Below, one piece after another: positions 12,681 to 24,761 of a DNA stretch of 64,000 nt (positions are counted from its first letter, which is position 1; each line of letters opens with the position of its first letter). The stretch is from Babesia bigemina (lineage: Eukaryota): the NCBI RefSeq assembly GCF_000981445.1, contig NC_027217.1, forward strand, positions 496,001 to 560,000, given 5' to 3'. The notes below the pieces were generated by a model. That model was given only the letters and a program-made list of their open reading frames with translations, did not search any database and had not been told where the DNA came from. A program made the position numbers and the translations under genes.

Positions 12681-14276
12681 ATGTCGAGTCTGTGCAATAA
12701 TACGTACCTGTTGAACAAGGACATCAGCTCCACGCCAGGAGCGCCCTCGCCCCGTGCGGCCCACTGCTGCGATGTGGTGGGTCAGGTGATGGTGATCTTC
12801 GGCGGCTGGGTTGGAAAGGAACCACTTGGCGACGCGTACGCTTTCCACACGGTAAAGCGCCGTTGGCTGCGGCTGAACCTGTGCGTGGAGGAAACGTACG
12901 TGCTGCCTCCGGGGTCGAAGAAGAAGAAGAAGTTCACGTCTGCGTGTCTGCCCCGCAACAACCATGCCTGCGCCGTGTTCGGCGGGGAGATGTTCGTGCA
13001 CGGCGGCCACGACGGGAACGAGTGGCTGATGGACATGTTCGCCTTCGACGTGTCCACTATAAACGACGCGTTCGACACCACTGACCCCGATGCCACTGTG
13101 GACGTGCAGGTGCGCTACGTCAACGGCTCCGGCAAGGTGCTGGGCAAGCGCACCTGCCACAGCATCACCCGCGTGGACGACCGCTTGTACTGCTTCGGCG
13201 GCTACGACGGCTCGCAGTGCTTCAACGACATCGACTGCTTCGACCCGGTGACCGCTACGTGGACCCGCCTGAGCAGGCCGTACGGCAAGAAGCCCCAGCC
13301 ACGCAGCGCGCACGTGATGGTGACGGACGGCAGGATGCTGTACATGAACGGGGGCCACAGCGGCCGCACCCACTTCGACGACACCTACACGTACAACATC
13401 GGGACGCACACGTGGACCCGCGTGGACTGCTCCGGCGACGTGCACCCGCCAGCCATCCGCGGCCACGCCGCCTGCTTCATGAACAACGAGATGTACGTCT
13501 TCGGCGGCGACAACGGCGACACGGTGTACAGCACGTTGTTCGTGTTCAACCCGCGTTCGTGCGCGTGGCGCCGCCAGACGATCACGTCTGACAACGAGCC
13601 CGTGTGCCGCCGCCAGCGCCACTCCATGGCGCAGATGAACGGCGTGATGTACGTGTTCGGGGGCTACAACGGCCGCGAGTGGATCAGCGACTTGCACACG
13701 ATGGAGTACTTCTCCGAGTGCACTCGTTCGTTCGACCCCATCCTGTCGTCGTTGGCGGACAACATCGGCCAGTTTTTAGGTAACCCCAAGTACTCCGACG
13801 TTACCGTATCGGTGGCCGGCAAGAAGATCGCGTCGCACAAGGTGATTCTGTGCGCCAACTCCAAGTATTTCGATGACATTTTGAGCCAGGAGGACCCGCC
13901 CGAGGTGATCGAGCTGAGCGGCTGGTCGCTGGACGCCGTGATGAAGATGCTGGAGTTCATATACTCGTCCCGCATCCGTGACTTCAACAGTCACACCCAC
14001 TTCAAGCTGTGCGAGATCATGGGTCTGGCCGACTCGTGCGCCCTTGAGTTGCTGAAGGGCATGTGCCAGGAGGTGCTGGTGCGCAAGATTGACATCGACA
14101 ACGTGTGCTACATGCTGAAGTACTCCAAGCTGTACAACGCCGAGTTGCTGCGCCAGCACTGCTTCAACTTCATTGGCGAGCACGCCGCGGACGTGATGCG
14201 CACTCCCGCCTTCGATGAGCTCTCCTCGGTGCCATCGCTGGTGATGGAGCTGGCTAAGCTCTCTGTGAAGACGTAG
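12681..14276 (+). CDS. Kelch-repeat plus C-terminal BTB/BACK protein (LZTR1-like architecture)
   Basis: Six kelch-like repeats (VIFGG, FVHGG, YCFGGYDG, YMNGG, YVFGG, YVFGGYNG), then the BTB motif YSDVTVSVAGKKIASHKVILCANSKYF and a BACK-like tail. Confidence 0.92.
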   Translation: MSSLCNNTYLLNKDISSTPGAPSPRAAHCCDVVGQVMVIFGGWVGKEPLGDAYAFHTVKRRWLRLNLCVEETYVLPPGSKKKKKFTSACLPRNNHACAVFGGEMFVHGGHDGNEWLMDMFAFDVSTINDAFDTTDPDATVDVQVRYVNGSGKVLGKRTCHSITRVDDRLYCFGGYDGSQCFNDIDCFDPVTATWTRLSRPYGKKPQPRSAHVMVTDGRMLYMNGGHSGRTHFDDTYTYNIGTHTWTRVDCSGDVHPPAIRGHAACFMNNEMYVFGGDNGDTVYSTLFVFNPRSCAWRRQTITSDNEPVCRRQRHSMAQMNGVMYVFGGYNGREWISDLHTMEYFSECTRSFDPILSSLADNIGQFLGNPKYSDVTVSVAGKKIASHKVILCANSKYFDDILSQEDPPEVIELSGWSLDAVMKMLEFIYSSRIRDFNSHTHFKLCEIMGLADSCALELLKGMCQEVLVRKIDIDNVCYMLKYSKLYNAELLRQHCFNFIGEHAADVMRTPAFDELSSVPSLVMELAKLSVKT

Positions 14277-15024
14277 TCACGAATAGAACATTGAACGGCG
14301 CGCAATAACGCCCTTAAACATGGTATAGTACGTTACTCGTGCCCGTGCGGTCATTGATTGCGGTTCCACAGCGCGCGCGTGGAACGCAGCGGCCCTGGCC
14401 GCCTGGCTGCCAGCGTCCGCGCGCCCCGCACATGGTAACAACAGGCATAACCACGCATTAAGCCGCTTGATTAGACATGTCACACGGATAATACACGCAG
14501 TACACGCGTACGTGGTGGGATGCCGTCGCAGTAATGTCTATCTTTCGGCACGTTGCCCGCCAGTTTGACGCTTTGGCGTCTGCGTTGCTACCCAATGAGC
14601 CATTTTTGCATACAGGCGTTTTCTATGATGTTGTTGCGGCACTTGAGGCAGCAATAGGGGTACGAGTTGCGGTAGAATCGTAGGCGGCTGCCGGAAGTCG
14701 ACGTGGCTCCCGCCGTTGTTCTGTTAATCGTGCCTTCCCTTCAACGACTGTCCAATACCCTATACTTGAACAACAAACGCCGCTACATTTTCGCCAACAA
14801 ACGCTTAGGGCGCTGCGCCGTTGTCCCGGTTGCCTTCGCGTGGCCGGTGGTGCCATAGGTGTGCTTGTGCTGTCGTGAACGTGACGTGGTGACGTGCGCC
14901 GCCTCCGCCGGCGTGATGTAGTGTGCGCCAAATCACTAGGTTTACCGTTTCGTCATGTAGCAGCGGCTGCTATTTCGTGGAATATTGTGGCTTCTTGCTC
15001 GGCTGCCTGCTGCCGTTCTCCGCG

Positions 15025-18000
15025 ATGGCGATGTCGTTGCTGGATGCGCCTTCACCAGCTTCAGGTGGGCTTCTGCGTGATCCATGCCCTTACTGTGATT
15101 TGTATACATTCTAACCCGGGGTGATGCGCCCGTGTAGCGCTTCCCCGCGTAGTTTTGCTGCTTTGTCGTGTGCAGCTGCCTGCGCTTGTTAGCTCATAGC
15201 TGCGTCGATGTGTGCCTCGTGCAGTGTGCCCGCGGTTTATTTTATCGTCTTAATGCTTACCAGATCCGATAGGAGTGGACGTAACGCCACCCTGTCTTGC
15301 GGGATACCGTGTCTACAAGGACCACAGGAGTAAGAACAGGTTCTATCGTGACTTCCGCCGCCGTAAGCGCGACCTGACGGTGGTGGAGTCTCGTTTTGGC
15401 GATGTGCTGAGAAAGGATGGGAAGAGGCAGTCGAAGTCACCGCAGCGACTCCTGGATGCGTTCTTCAACCAGCTGGGATGCATCCGCCCGCAGTTGGTGG
15501 AGTATCTGCGGCGCAACCCCGGTTTGCTCGTGGAGCGCCTGCAACGTTACTTCGGCGTATCTGTGCATTTAACGGCTCCGGATAACGATGTGGTGGCTAG
15601 CTCGGCTTTTCCGGACCCGCGCAGCGCAGAAGCTGCGGCGGCGGCCCCGGACACCGCAGCAGGGGAAGCCCCTTGCGAAGGGGCGTCGGTTCCGTGCCCG
15701 GAATCGGATATTGGCAAAGAGCTGTTGACTTCTGTGTTGGAGACTTTATCGCAAAAGTACGAAATAATTTCGTCGTTGGAATCTCAGGTGTATGAGCTGT
15801 CTCGGGAAAACACCGAGCTGTCGCTGAAGCTCTCCGACGCCTATTCGGAGCTGCTCCAACTCGAGCTGGACAGATCCGGTTCCGAGCAGCGCTATTTGGA
15901 CGCCCTTACCAGTCTGACTGAGAGCGTGTACATATCCGCCACCCAGTGCTCAAACCTGCAGAACCTGGTCATAAAACGTGGCAAGCAGTTGACCGCTCAG
16001 GCACATTCCCTGTTCCTGGCTGAGAACGCTTTGGCACAACAGTGTCTGTTGAACAACGTGCCGTGCCCCGTGTTGAGCAAGGCTTGTTCGCGTTTCGGTA
16101 GGTTGCTAGAAAATTCCGCAGCTTTTCATCGGATGCAGCATACGACGCGTCATCTTTGGAAAATTCGGGCTCCACGGCCCCGAACATTGCACGCTTTACA
16201 CTTAACGACGCCGATTGTGCAACAAGCGCTTACGATTCCGATCTGCAGGGCTCTTTATACGACGAGGGTCCAACTTCCGCTGGTGTGCCGTCTGGAGAGA
16301 AAGGCCTGCTCTCGGCCACTTCGTTCTACGAGTCTGGCGGCGACTCGGCTCGTTCACGCCAAGATCAACAACCGTCTAACGAGGGCGAGCTCATCATTGC
16401 AGAATTTGACGGGAATAAAGCTGTGAGTGTGTGTCACTTCCCCGATGCACCCTCAGCCCTGCCGGTACAAACTGCATCTCCAGAGTCTGGCGCTGCCACG
16501 AACGATGCGCCCGTCGTTGAAGGTGATCTCGTGCGCGAATCCCACGTTGAGAAGCTGTTGCTAGACGTGTCTACCAACCCTCCGCGCGAAGGTGTAGAGC
16601 AGGCTTCCTCTCAGGTGCTCCCTCCGGTGTTAGGTTCGCCCGCGTTAGACTCCGTGGCTGCTACTGCTGTTATGCCTTCCGAGCCCGCCAATGCCACGTT
16701 GCCTTCGCCTGCTGCAGCCCCCGTTTCCGGTTATTCTGGCGACCACGTGCGCGACGACGCCAAGGTGCGGGAGTTGATTGCCGAGATCTCCGTGATCCAG
16801 AAGAAGTCGCAGTCGTACGTGCGGCACATACGCGCGCTGAAGCGCGAGAACGAGCGCCTGAGAAGCCGTGCACGGCTGCCTGAGGATTTGCGGGCTGAGG
16901 TGTCGACCGGCAGTGCTGGTCCCTTCGATTACCGGATGTCTGGCGATGTAGCGTCGATCGGTTCGGCCTTTTACGCCGCAGCGGGTGCAGGTCCCTCGCG
17001 CGTCTCTCCTGAGGAGGACACTAAGGTGAAGGAGCTGAAGGCTGAGATATCCATCCTGCAGAAGCAGATCCAGCGTTCTCAGGAGGCCAGCGAGGACCGT
17101 CAGCGCCTGCAGGACCAGCTGGCCGCCGAGGAGCGCCGCAACCGCGAGCTGTATTCAGAGCTGTCAGTGGCTCGACGCAAATTGGTGACGTACCACAATG
17201 AGCTCGAGCAGCTGCTGCGGTCATATGGCGGCGGTGCGCAGGCCGCGGCTGATGCCAACCAGTCAAGCACGGTAGTTTCGCAGGACTACGACCGCTCATC
17301 CAAGCTGGGCGCGACAGTGTCGGAGCTGAAAACGGTGCTGATGACACTGAACGGCCGAGTGCAATCGTACGAATCTGACAACGACGCGCTGCGCTCCGAG
17401 CTGGATCACCTGCGTAGCAAGCTCTCGGCTGTGCACGATGAGTTGGGCCACCTTCGCAGCCAAAACCAGGCGCTGTTCGCCGACACTCGTGAGGCCGGGT
17501 GCCTGGCGTTCGACCGGCTGCTCCACTGCCTGACAGACGCCCTGGGCGGCATGACCCGCACGTCGCTCGAGGAGTTGGAGGCCGCGCCCTCTGAGCAAGG
17601 CACGACCACGTTGTCTCAGCTTGGCACTGACGACCTGACTGCCGAGCGCATCACAGTCCTGGAGTTCGAAAACAAGTTGTTCAGTGACAAGCTGTCATCG
17701 CTGTTGGATATCGTCCACCAGAGCTCGCTGGAGCGCTTCCAAATGCACACCACCATAGCGCGCCTGAACAGCGACCTGCACAGCTCGCACCAGCAGCTGC
17801 TGAAGTTCTCCAACCAGTCGTCGGTTTTGCTGGACACCTCCAACGAGCTGGCCGCGCTGCGCGCCAGGTGCGCGACGTATGACGACCAAGTCAACCGGCT
17901 GAAGCAAATGAACACCGACCTCAGCGACCTGAACAACCGTCTGGGGGACGACTTGCGTAACCTGGAGGAGAAGAGCGCATGCGCCAGCAACGAGGTGTCC

Positions 18001-20760
18001 GCGCTGCGCGAGGAGGTCCGGCAGCTGCAGTCGTTGCTGGTCGGCGACACGCAGGCTGCGCATGACGCCATACGCGACCGCGTGTCAATCATTCGGTTGG
18101 AGGGCAGGTGCAAATTCCTGGACGAGTCCGTGAGCAACGGCCGCGTGGAGCTGGAGTCGCTGCGCGGCAAGAACTCCGACCTTGTGAAATCGGTGATGGA
18201 GCTCCGGTACGCCCTTGAGCAGGAGCGCGCCTCCAACGCCGAATACCTGAAGCAGGTCAATGCAATGTCAGAGGCTGAAGGCAGGCTCCGCAACCAGCTG
18301 GATCGCCAGGAAACCCAGATCGAAGGTCTGAGGGCATCCGTGGCCTCCCTCACCGAGTCGCTGCAGCAGAACGCTGCCGATATGCGTGCCGCGTCGGAGC
18401 GTTTGCTCGAGAAGGAACGGTCTGAGAGCGCGTTGTCATCGACCATCGACTCTTTGGGCGCCTCGTTAAATTCGTTGCTTTCCTCGGTGCGCGATGCGAA
18501 GCCCATCCCCTTGGCACCTGCCGACCTGGGTCCCATCGACCTCTCGTCGATCCCCAACTTCAACCTGACTGTATACTACGGGGTGCTGGACACGATCCAG
18601 AAGAGCGCAATGGACAGCCACGACGTAACCGACATTGGCGCCACCGCCAAGGTTGTGTCACTGGCGCGTGACAAGGTATGCAACATTTTGAAGTGCAACT
18701 ACCTTTTGGGCGCGCTTGCGTCCGGGTTATGCCGCCAGCTGCAGGAGTTCAGCGCCTCGCTGGTTGCGGCCGCTCGGTCGCAGGACTGCTCTGTGACGCC
18801 ACTCGTGAAGTGCCTGGGTGAGAGCGTGAACCTGGAGCTTCTGAGGGCCGACTTCGCCAACCGCATGAGCCGGGCGCATGCGCACACCAAGGAGCTGAAG
18901 GCGATCATCCGCCACCTGTACAAGAACAACCCGGCCGACGTCATCAACCGTCTGAAAGACCACTACGAGGACGCCCTGGGCAAATGCCAGGTTAAGATCG
19001 AGCAGCTGTCCAGCGTGATAAAGTCCAAGGAGGAGGACCAGTTGAAGCTGAAGCAGGAGAATTCCAAGCTGATGTCCGACTGCTCCACCGCCGCCCATGC
19101 TCTGAACGAGTTTGACAAGCGTTTGGAGTTGCAGGCGCAGGAGCGCTCATCTCTGTGCGCCTTTGCGCTGTCCTTGCTACCGCCCGCCGCGCAGACCGAC
19201 TGCGAACAGGACGACCTGCGTGGGATTTTGGCAGCGCTAAGGAACGTCATATCGAAGCTGGCGTCATATCGCGATAAGTACAAAAAGTTGCTCGATAACC
19301 CGCCGGAGCCCAAGGTGGTCACCGTCACGGTGCCCGCGCCGGCCCCAGCACCTCAGCCGGAGCCCAAGGCTGCGCCGGCCCCTGGTGCCGCGGAACCCGC
19401 CGAGCAACGCGCTGCTAAAGCGCCTGGCCATACCTCCGATGATGGCCGCGGTGCAGGCAACTACATCCCCAGCAGCGTCGGTCACGGTCACGGTCACGGT
19501 CACGGCCCCGGCCACCCCAACCCTCTTCGCGACCACGCCGTCCGCCGTGCCGCACCCAGCGACGTCCCGCTGCGCCTGGAACGCGCGTTGAAGGACGTCG
19601 ACGCCAATGTGCGCTATTATGTGAAGAACATAAAGTCGACGTTGCGCGACTATGTGCGCAACCTCGCCGCCACCCAGGCTGATGCGAGTGAAACGGACTA
19701 CGAAAGCCCCCGTACGCGCTCAGTAGGCCGTTCCGACGTCACTGTGGGCAATATAGGCGACTTTTCGGACACTGAGTCCGAATCGTCTGAGCTGCTTTTC
19801 TCCGACAAGCCCGCCGCCGAGGACATCATTCGCAGTCACGCTCGCCAATTCGAGTCCATCTGCGACTTGCTGGACCACGCCAGGGACGTGCAGTCGCAGG
19901 TGATGGAGCGGCCGCCGCGGGTGGTGTATGTGGACACGCCCAAGCCGGCGCCCGTCCGCCCGGCGCTGGCGTCCACCTCCGACATGGCCGTGATGCACCA
20001 CTTCCACCACCTGTGCGCCGCCCTGAAGGAGTACGTCGCCGGCAGGCCGATCGCGCTGAGCGTCGACGACGTGTTCTACCAGCTGGAGCTGGTGATGCTG
20101 GACCAGGGCGACCGCGGGCGTCGCCGCGCCAAGTGGGACCACTGTGTGGGCAACATGGTCTCCGTCGTTATCGACGTGCTGCGCAGCATATCGCTTGATC
20201 GCAAGGAGAGCGTCGACGGTCTGCGGCGCAGGTGCAGCGTGGCGTCGGCGGCGCTTGAGGAGGCCCAGGCCCTGTGCCGCCTGCGGGAGGAGGAGCTCCA
20301 CCGCCGCACCACCGAGCTGAGCGAGGCATGCAGCCGCCTCGAGTCCCTGGAGCGCCACTGCCGCAAGGTCGAGGTGGAGCTCGAAACGCTCTCTGCCGAG
20401 GTTCCTCGCGTCAACGAGCGCGATGTGCGCGCGCTGGAGTCCTCGCTCGCCAACCGCGAGGAGGACGTCCGGCGCCTGTCTAAGGAGGTGTCGAAGCTCC
20501 ACTCGGTCGTGTTCGACCTCGAGGAGGTGAACGAGCTGCTGTCGCAGCAGCTGTCGCGCGCCAAAACCGACTCGTAAGTTGTTATGTGTGTGTCGTTTCG
20601 CAAGTGTGTACAGCGAGCGCCTGGGCGCGACCGTGGACAAGCAGCAGCGCGAGATCTCGAGCCTGAACAGCGAGCTGGCGCTCCTCGAGTAGGTTTGACC
20701 GGCCAGCGTCTGATTCGTTGCAGGGTGGAGACTGAGCGCCTTCGTCGTGGCTACGCGTAG
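15025..20760 (+). CDS. Very large coiled-coil protein (about 1800 aa), multi-exon
   Basis: ORFs 15275- and 16156-20577 join through an intron at about 16098-16138. Long heptad-rich segments. The probable 5' exon (MAMSLLDAPSPAS) and two 3' exons (SERLGATVDKQQREISSLNSELALL, VETERLRRGYA*) are inferred. Confidence 0.8.
19480..19503 (+). repeat. (GGTCAC)x4 microsatellite encoding GHGHGHGH
   Basis: Direct reading of ggtcac x4, in frame within the coiled-coil gene. Confidence 0.9.
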
Positions 20761-20818
20761 GCGGCGCACGGGCCGTGGCGCGCGCTACGCCGTCTGGCAA
20801 CCCGCATTTAATGTTAAT

Positions 20819-23321
20819 ATGTTCTTAGTCCGCACTAATTTCGCGCCGTACGCGTGCCGCGTGGCTGCGCGGCGGCGGTTCCTCTCCTCTGGGTGCCCTT
20901 CCGGCGCGGCGGAGGTGAGTCGCGTCCTTCCGCACCGATCCTCATGCTGCTCAGGCCGGGCACAGCGACTCCTGCGAGCTCGGCGAGCTGCGCAGCGCCT
21001 GCACATCGGCGCCGGCCGCGGGAGCCGCCCTCTCTCTGGACGACCTGCGGCAGGTGACGTCGCGGTTCCGGCGGCTGCACCGCAAGGGCGTGGTGGACGC
21101 CGAGCTGTGCGAGAAGTACTCCGCGCTGCTCATGAGCTACGCCGACAACGCCGCCGGAGCGGCCGCCCTGTCGCTCGACGAGTGCTTCGAGCTGTTTGTG
21201 AGCCAGTGCGAGACAAACTCCTCGAGGCAGATATCGCTGCTCGCCTCGCGGCTGCTAGAGTGTGTTCTTCCGCGCGCGTGCTGACAGTTTGCAGTGTGAT
21301 CAAGGCCAACGACGCGGGTTCTTCGCTGCCTGTGGCGCTGAAGGCGCTCGTTCGCCTCCAGCGCGCCAAGATATCGTACCCCGAGCTGCTGGACTACGTG
21401 TCCGGGCACGTGTCGGCGCTGAGCCCGCCGCAGCTCGCCGACTTCGCGTGGGCGTGCTACTCCGGCGGGCTGCGGTCCAAGCACCACCTGGACGTGGCGT
21501 ACGGCGAGTGCCTGCGCCGTTTGTCGGAGTTCGACCTGGCGGAGCTGCTGCGCGTGCTGCGGAGCTTCAGCTACTTCTCGTACGAGTACCGGGCCGTGTT
21601 CGAGCAGAGCCAGCCCGCGTTGCGCGGCGAGCTCGGCAAGCTGTCGCAGGAGGACCTGCTGATGCTGCTGAACGTCTGCAAGACGCTGCATCGCGAGGGC
21701 GATTTCGTGGAGCTGCGCGACGGCATCCTCGGGCACCTCATGGACGACCTGGGGCAGTATCCCACTCGTTTCCTGCTGCAATGCCTGGCCCACCTGACTC
21801 GCGGCAGGCGCACCCAGGTCGGCGGGCGCTTCGTGTCGCACGTGCTGCGCAACGAGGCCGAGTGCGCGAGGGAGTACGCCCGCATGACGGTGCCGGCGCT
21901 GGTGTCGGTGATGCAGTGCCTCGAGCTGTGGCGCACTCGCATGTCGCACTTGACGGTCATTCTGCGCCTGTTGGGCGAGCGTGTCCGGGAGCTCGCCTTC
22001 TCGCGGAACCTCGGCTTGTGGGCCGAGGTCTACAACGTCGTGTACAGCACCGGGTGGTTCAGCCCCGAGTTCATGCGGGCCGGCGTCGAGCACATTATCG
22101 CGGTGAGTCCAGCCCCCGGCAAGATATCACCGTCCCCAGGAGCCCCAGATTCTGCACCGCGTGTCATGCCACCAGGTGGTCAGGGTGCTGCAGACCTTCT
22201 ACAAGCTCCGCTACTACCACCGCGGCTCCTACGAGCGTATGTTGGGCGTGTTTCTGGAGGACTTCGACGGCGTGAGCGGCCGCCTCAACGTGGTGTGCGA
22301 GGCGCTGCTGGCCGCCGCTGACGCCAACATCGAGATGCCCCAGCTGTACGAGCGGTGCCTTGCGCACCTCTCCAGCGCGTTATCGGAGCTGTCGCTGACC
22401 GACTGCGAGGACCCGCTGTCGGTGATGGAACAGAGGTGAGTGCCTGTCTGCGTGTGTTGTCACTGGTATGCAGCCACCTGTGGCCGCGCAACGTGGTCAC
22501 CAGCGCCTGGTCGTTCTGCGTGATGGGCTACAACAGCGACCCCCGGTTCAAGGTGCTGCTTGATTTGCTGGGCCTGCCCTGGTTAGTTCACGCCACATTG
22601 CAGCCTACATGCGCCCACAGCGTGTATGAGTACCCCCACCAGTCCAGCGTGGTCCTCATGGCCCTGGAGGCGGCGGAGTCCACGTTGGTGTCGGGTAACT
22701 GGGCGGGCGAGTGCGAGGCGCTGCTGGAGACGTACGGCGACCGTATGCGGGATCTGGAGCGCACCGACCCCGCGTCAACGCTGCACGACGTCGACCCCGA
22801 GGACAGCATGCGCGACCACGTGGACGCCCGCATGACGTTCGCGCAATGCCAGGACGCGCACTTCCACAAGGGCCGAATGCGGGCAACAAAGCACATCTCA
22901 GGTACGCTCCGCAAGCGCCAGATTCGCGCGTTCGTCGCGTAATGGTGACACACGTTCAGATATACTGTACCACCTCGGCCGCCGGGACGTGCTGGTGCGC
23001 GTCGCCCCGCACTACAACTCCCCCTACCTGATCGACGTCTGCCTCTCCAACGAGAGCAAGAAGGGCATGGTGCTGTTCAGCGGCCGCGAGCTGATGCGCG
23101 ACCACGTCGAGGGGAAGTGGAGCGTGGTGGAGACCGGTTCGACGCGCCTGAAGCGTTCGATCCTGGCCAGCACTGGCTGGCAGGTGAGCTCGAGCGATAT
23201 ACAGATTCATTAGGTGTAGGTGTTCGAGATCAGCTGCGGCGAATGGGCCCAGCTGCAAACGTCTGTGGAGCGGAAGCAGTTCGTGCGCGCCGCTTTGAGC
23301 GCCTTGGACATCGAATGCTAA
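20819..23321 (+). CDS. RAP-domain (FASTK-like) helical-repeat RNA-binding protein, probably mitochondrial, multi-exon
   Basis: Presequence MFLVRTNFAPYACRVAARRRFLSS, a helical-repeat body, and a C-terminal RAP-like PYLIDVCL...TGSTRLKRSILASTGWQ|VFEISCGEWAQL. TAA at 23319-23321. Confidence 0.82.
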
Positions 23322-24196
23322 TGTGGCAACTCCTCTGCTCCCTGCTGTGCGATGGCCAACCTCACCCGTTCGTCCAGCACCGACTCGACCAGTTTCATGT
23401 ACGAGATGAGATCGAGTGACACCATTTTCGCGTGCAGCTGGTCCAGGTCCAGCTGGCTGTAGTCGGTGTCGCTCTCCGCCTCGCTCTCGTCGCAGAAGCA
23501 GTGCTCCTCGCCGGCTGCAGGCGCCTCGAAGCCGCTGCGCCACGTACGCTGCGCAGAGCAGCTTATCGGCGACTCGGCGCAGCTGAACGGGTCGCCCACG
23601 GTGTGGTCGTTGGTGTAGCAGTAGTACGCCGGGCTCTCCACGGCGGTCGCAGCTCCTGTCGAGCATGGCGAGGCCGCAAAGTGCGGAACGTGCCCTCCCA
23701 ACGGCGTCTCCACGGGCTGCTCCGGCCTTGCCTCGTAACCGTTCCTGAGCGCGGCCTCCGAGTGGTGTATGATCCTTTCCAATTCTGCGATTTCTTGTTG
23801 CAGCTCGCGGTCTCGCGTCTGAACGGGAGCTACGGGTGCCGGTGGTTCTTCCGGCTCGGCTTTCTCCACCACCACCACCACCGGTTCTTCAGCTTTCGGC
23901 GGCTCCTCTGGCACTTTTTCCGGCGCGGGTGGCTCCTTGATTGCCACCTCCTTACTCTGTCTTATGAGCCCTGCGATGTCCGCGATGAACGTCTTGATCT
24001 GCTCCAAGTCGTTGGGCTTGACTTCCTGCGGCTGCGCCGCGTTCCGCGGCGAGCAGCTGCAGGACGAGCATTCGCTGGGCGAGGAACAGCTGCAGCGCGA
24101 CTCCGAGTCGCAGCTGCAGGTCTCACAAGAGCAGCAGCTGGAATCGCTCTCGAACTCGCCAGACGAACAGGAGCAGACCTCGCAGTCTTCCTCCAT
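23318..24196 (-). CDS. Hypothetical protein (292 aa) with Cys/Ser-rich N-terminus and short coiled coil
   Basis: ATG at 24196 (MEEDCEVCSCSS...), open to TAG at 23318-23320, with codon bias like neighbouring genes. Confidence 0.75.
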   Translation of the reverse strand: MEEDCEVCSCSSGEFESDSSCCSCETCSCDSESRCSCSSPSECSSCSCSPRNAAQPQEVKPNDLEQIKTFIADIAGLIRQSKEVAIKEPPAPEKVPEEPPKAEEPVVVVVEKAEPEEPPAPVAPVQTRDRELQQEIAELERIIHHSEAALRNGYEARPEQPVETPLGGHVPHFAASPCSTGAATAVESPAYYCYTNDHTVGDPFSCAESPISCSAQRTWRSGFEAPAAGEEHCFCDESEAESDTDYSQLDLDQLHAKMVSLDLISYMKLVESVLDERVRLAIAQQGAEELPH

Positions 24197-24761
24197 GTCT
24201 ATAGCGTGAGGTGTGTACACCGACCGTGCTGTTCCGGCGGTTGGTCGGCCAGCTCTCCATCCCGCCGCGTGTCTGCGCGTACTCTGCCGCTGGGTGCTAC
24301 AACGCTGAGCCGCGATTCCACGATATTCTACTGCCCGTCGACACTTGACGGGCCGGGGATCACGTAGCTGTGTCGGTAGACAGGTGTGTGTACTGTTCAC
24401 TGCGATATTTGCGTGTTGCCTGGCCTAGCCTCGCGGTGCCATTCTGCCGGCGCCCAGGCCGCCATGAAGGCGCCAGGATCTCGGGAAAGACACTGCTTGA
24501 AACTTACAGACTGTGAACCGAAATCTAGCTGACTGGCAACGGTGCCGAAATGCCGCGTCACACGACTACAGCAGATGCGGAATTTCCTCCCGCCCCTATG
24601 ACTCTACTGTTCCACAGCACATCATTCAATAGCTACTTTGGTACAAAATCGCAAATACTCGACGCGGTACATCCACTGGAGTGCTCGCCGGTCCCTTGAG
24701 CTAGCCCGTCTCTAGTGTTCGTCGCCCATGTGACGTGCCTTCATTCTCGACATTTCGCAAA

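Noticed and set aside
12681..14276. Kelch13 (K13) ortholog
   Set aside because: The domain order here is kelch then BTB/BACK, the reverse of K13.
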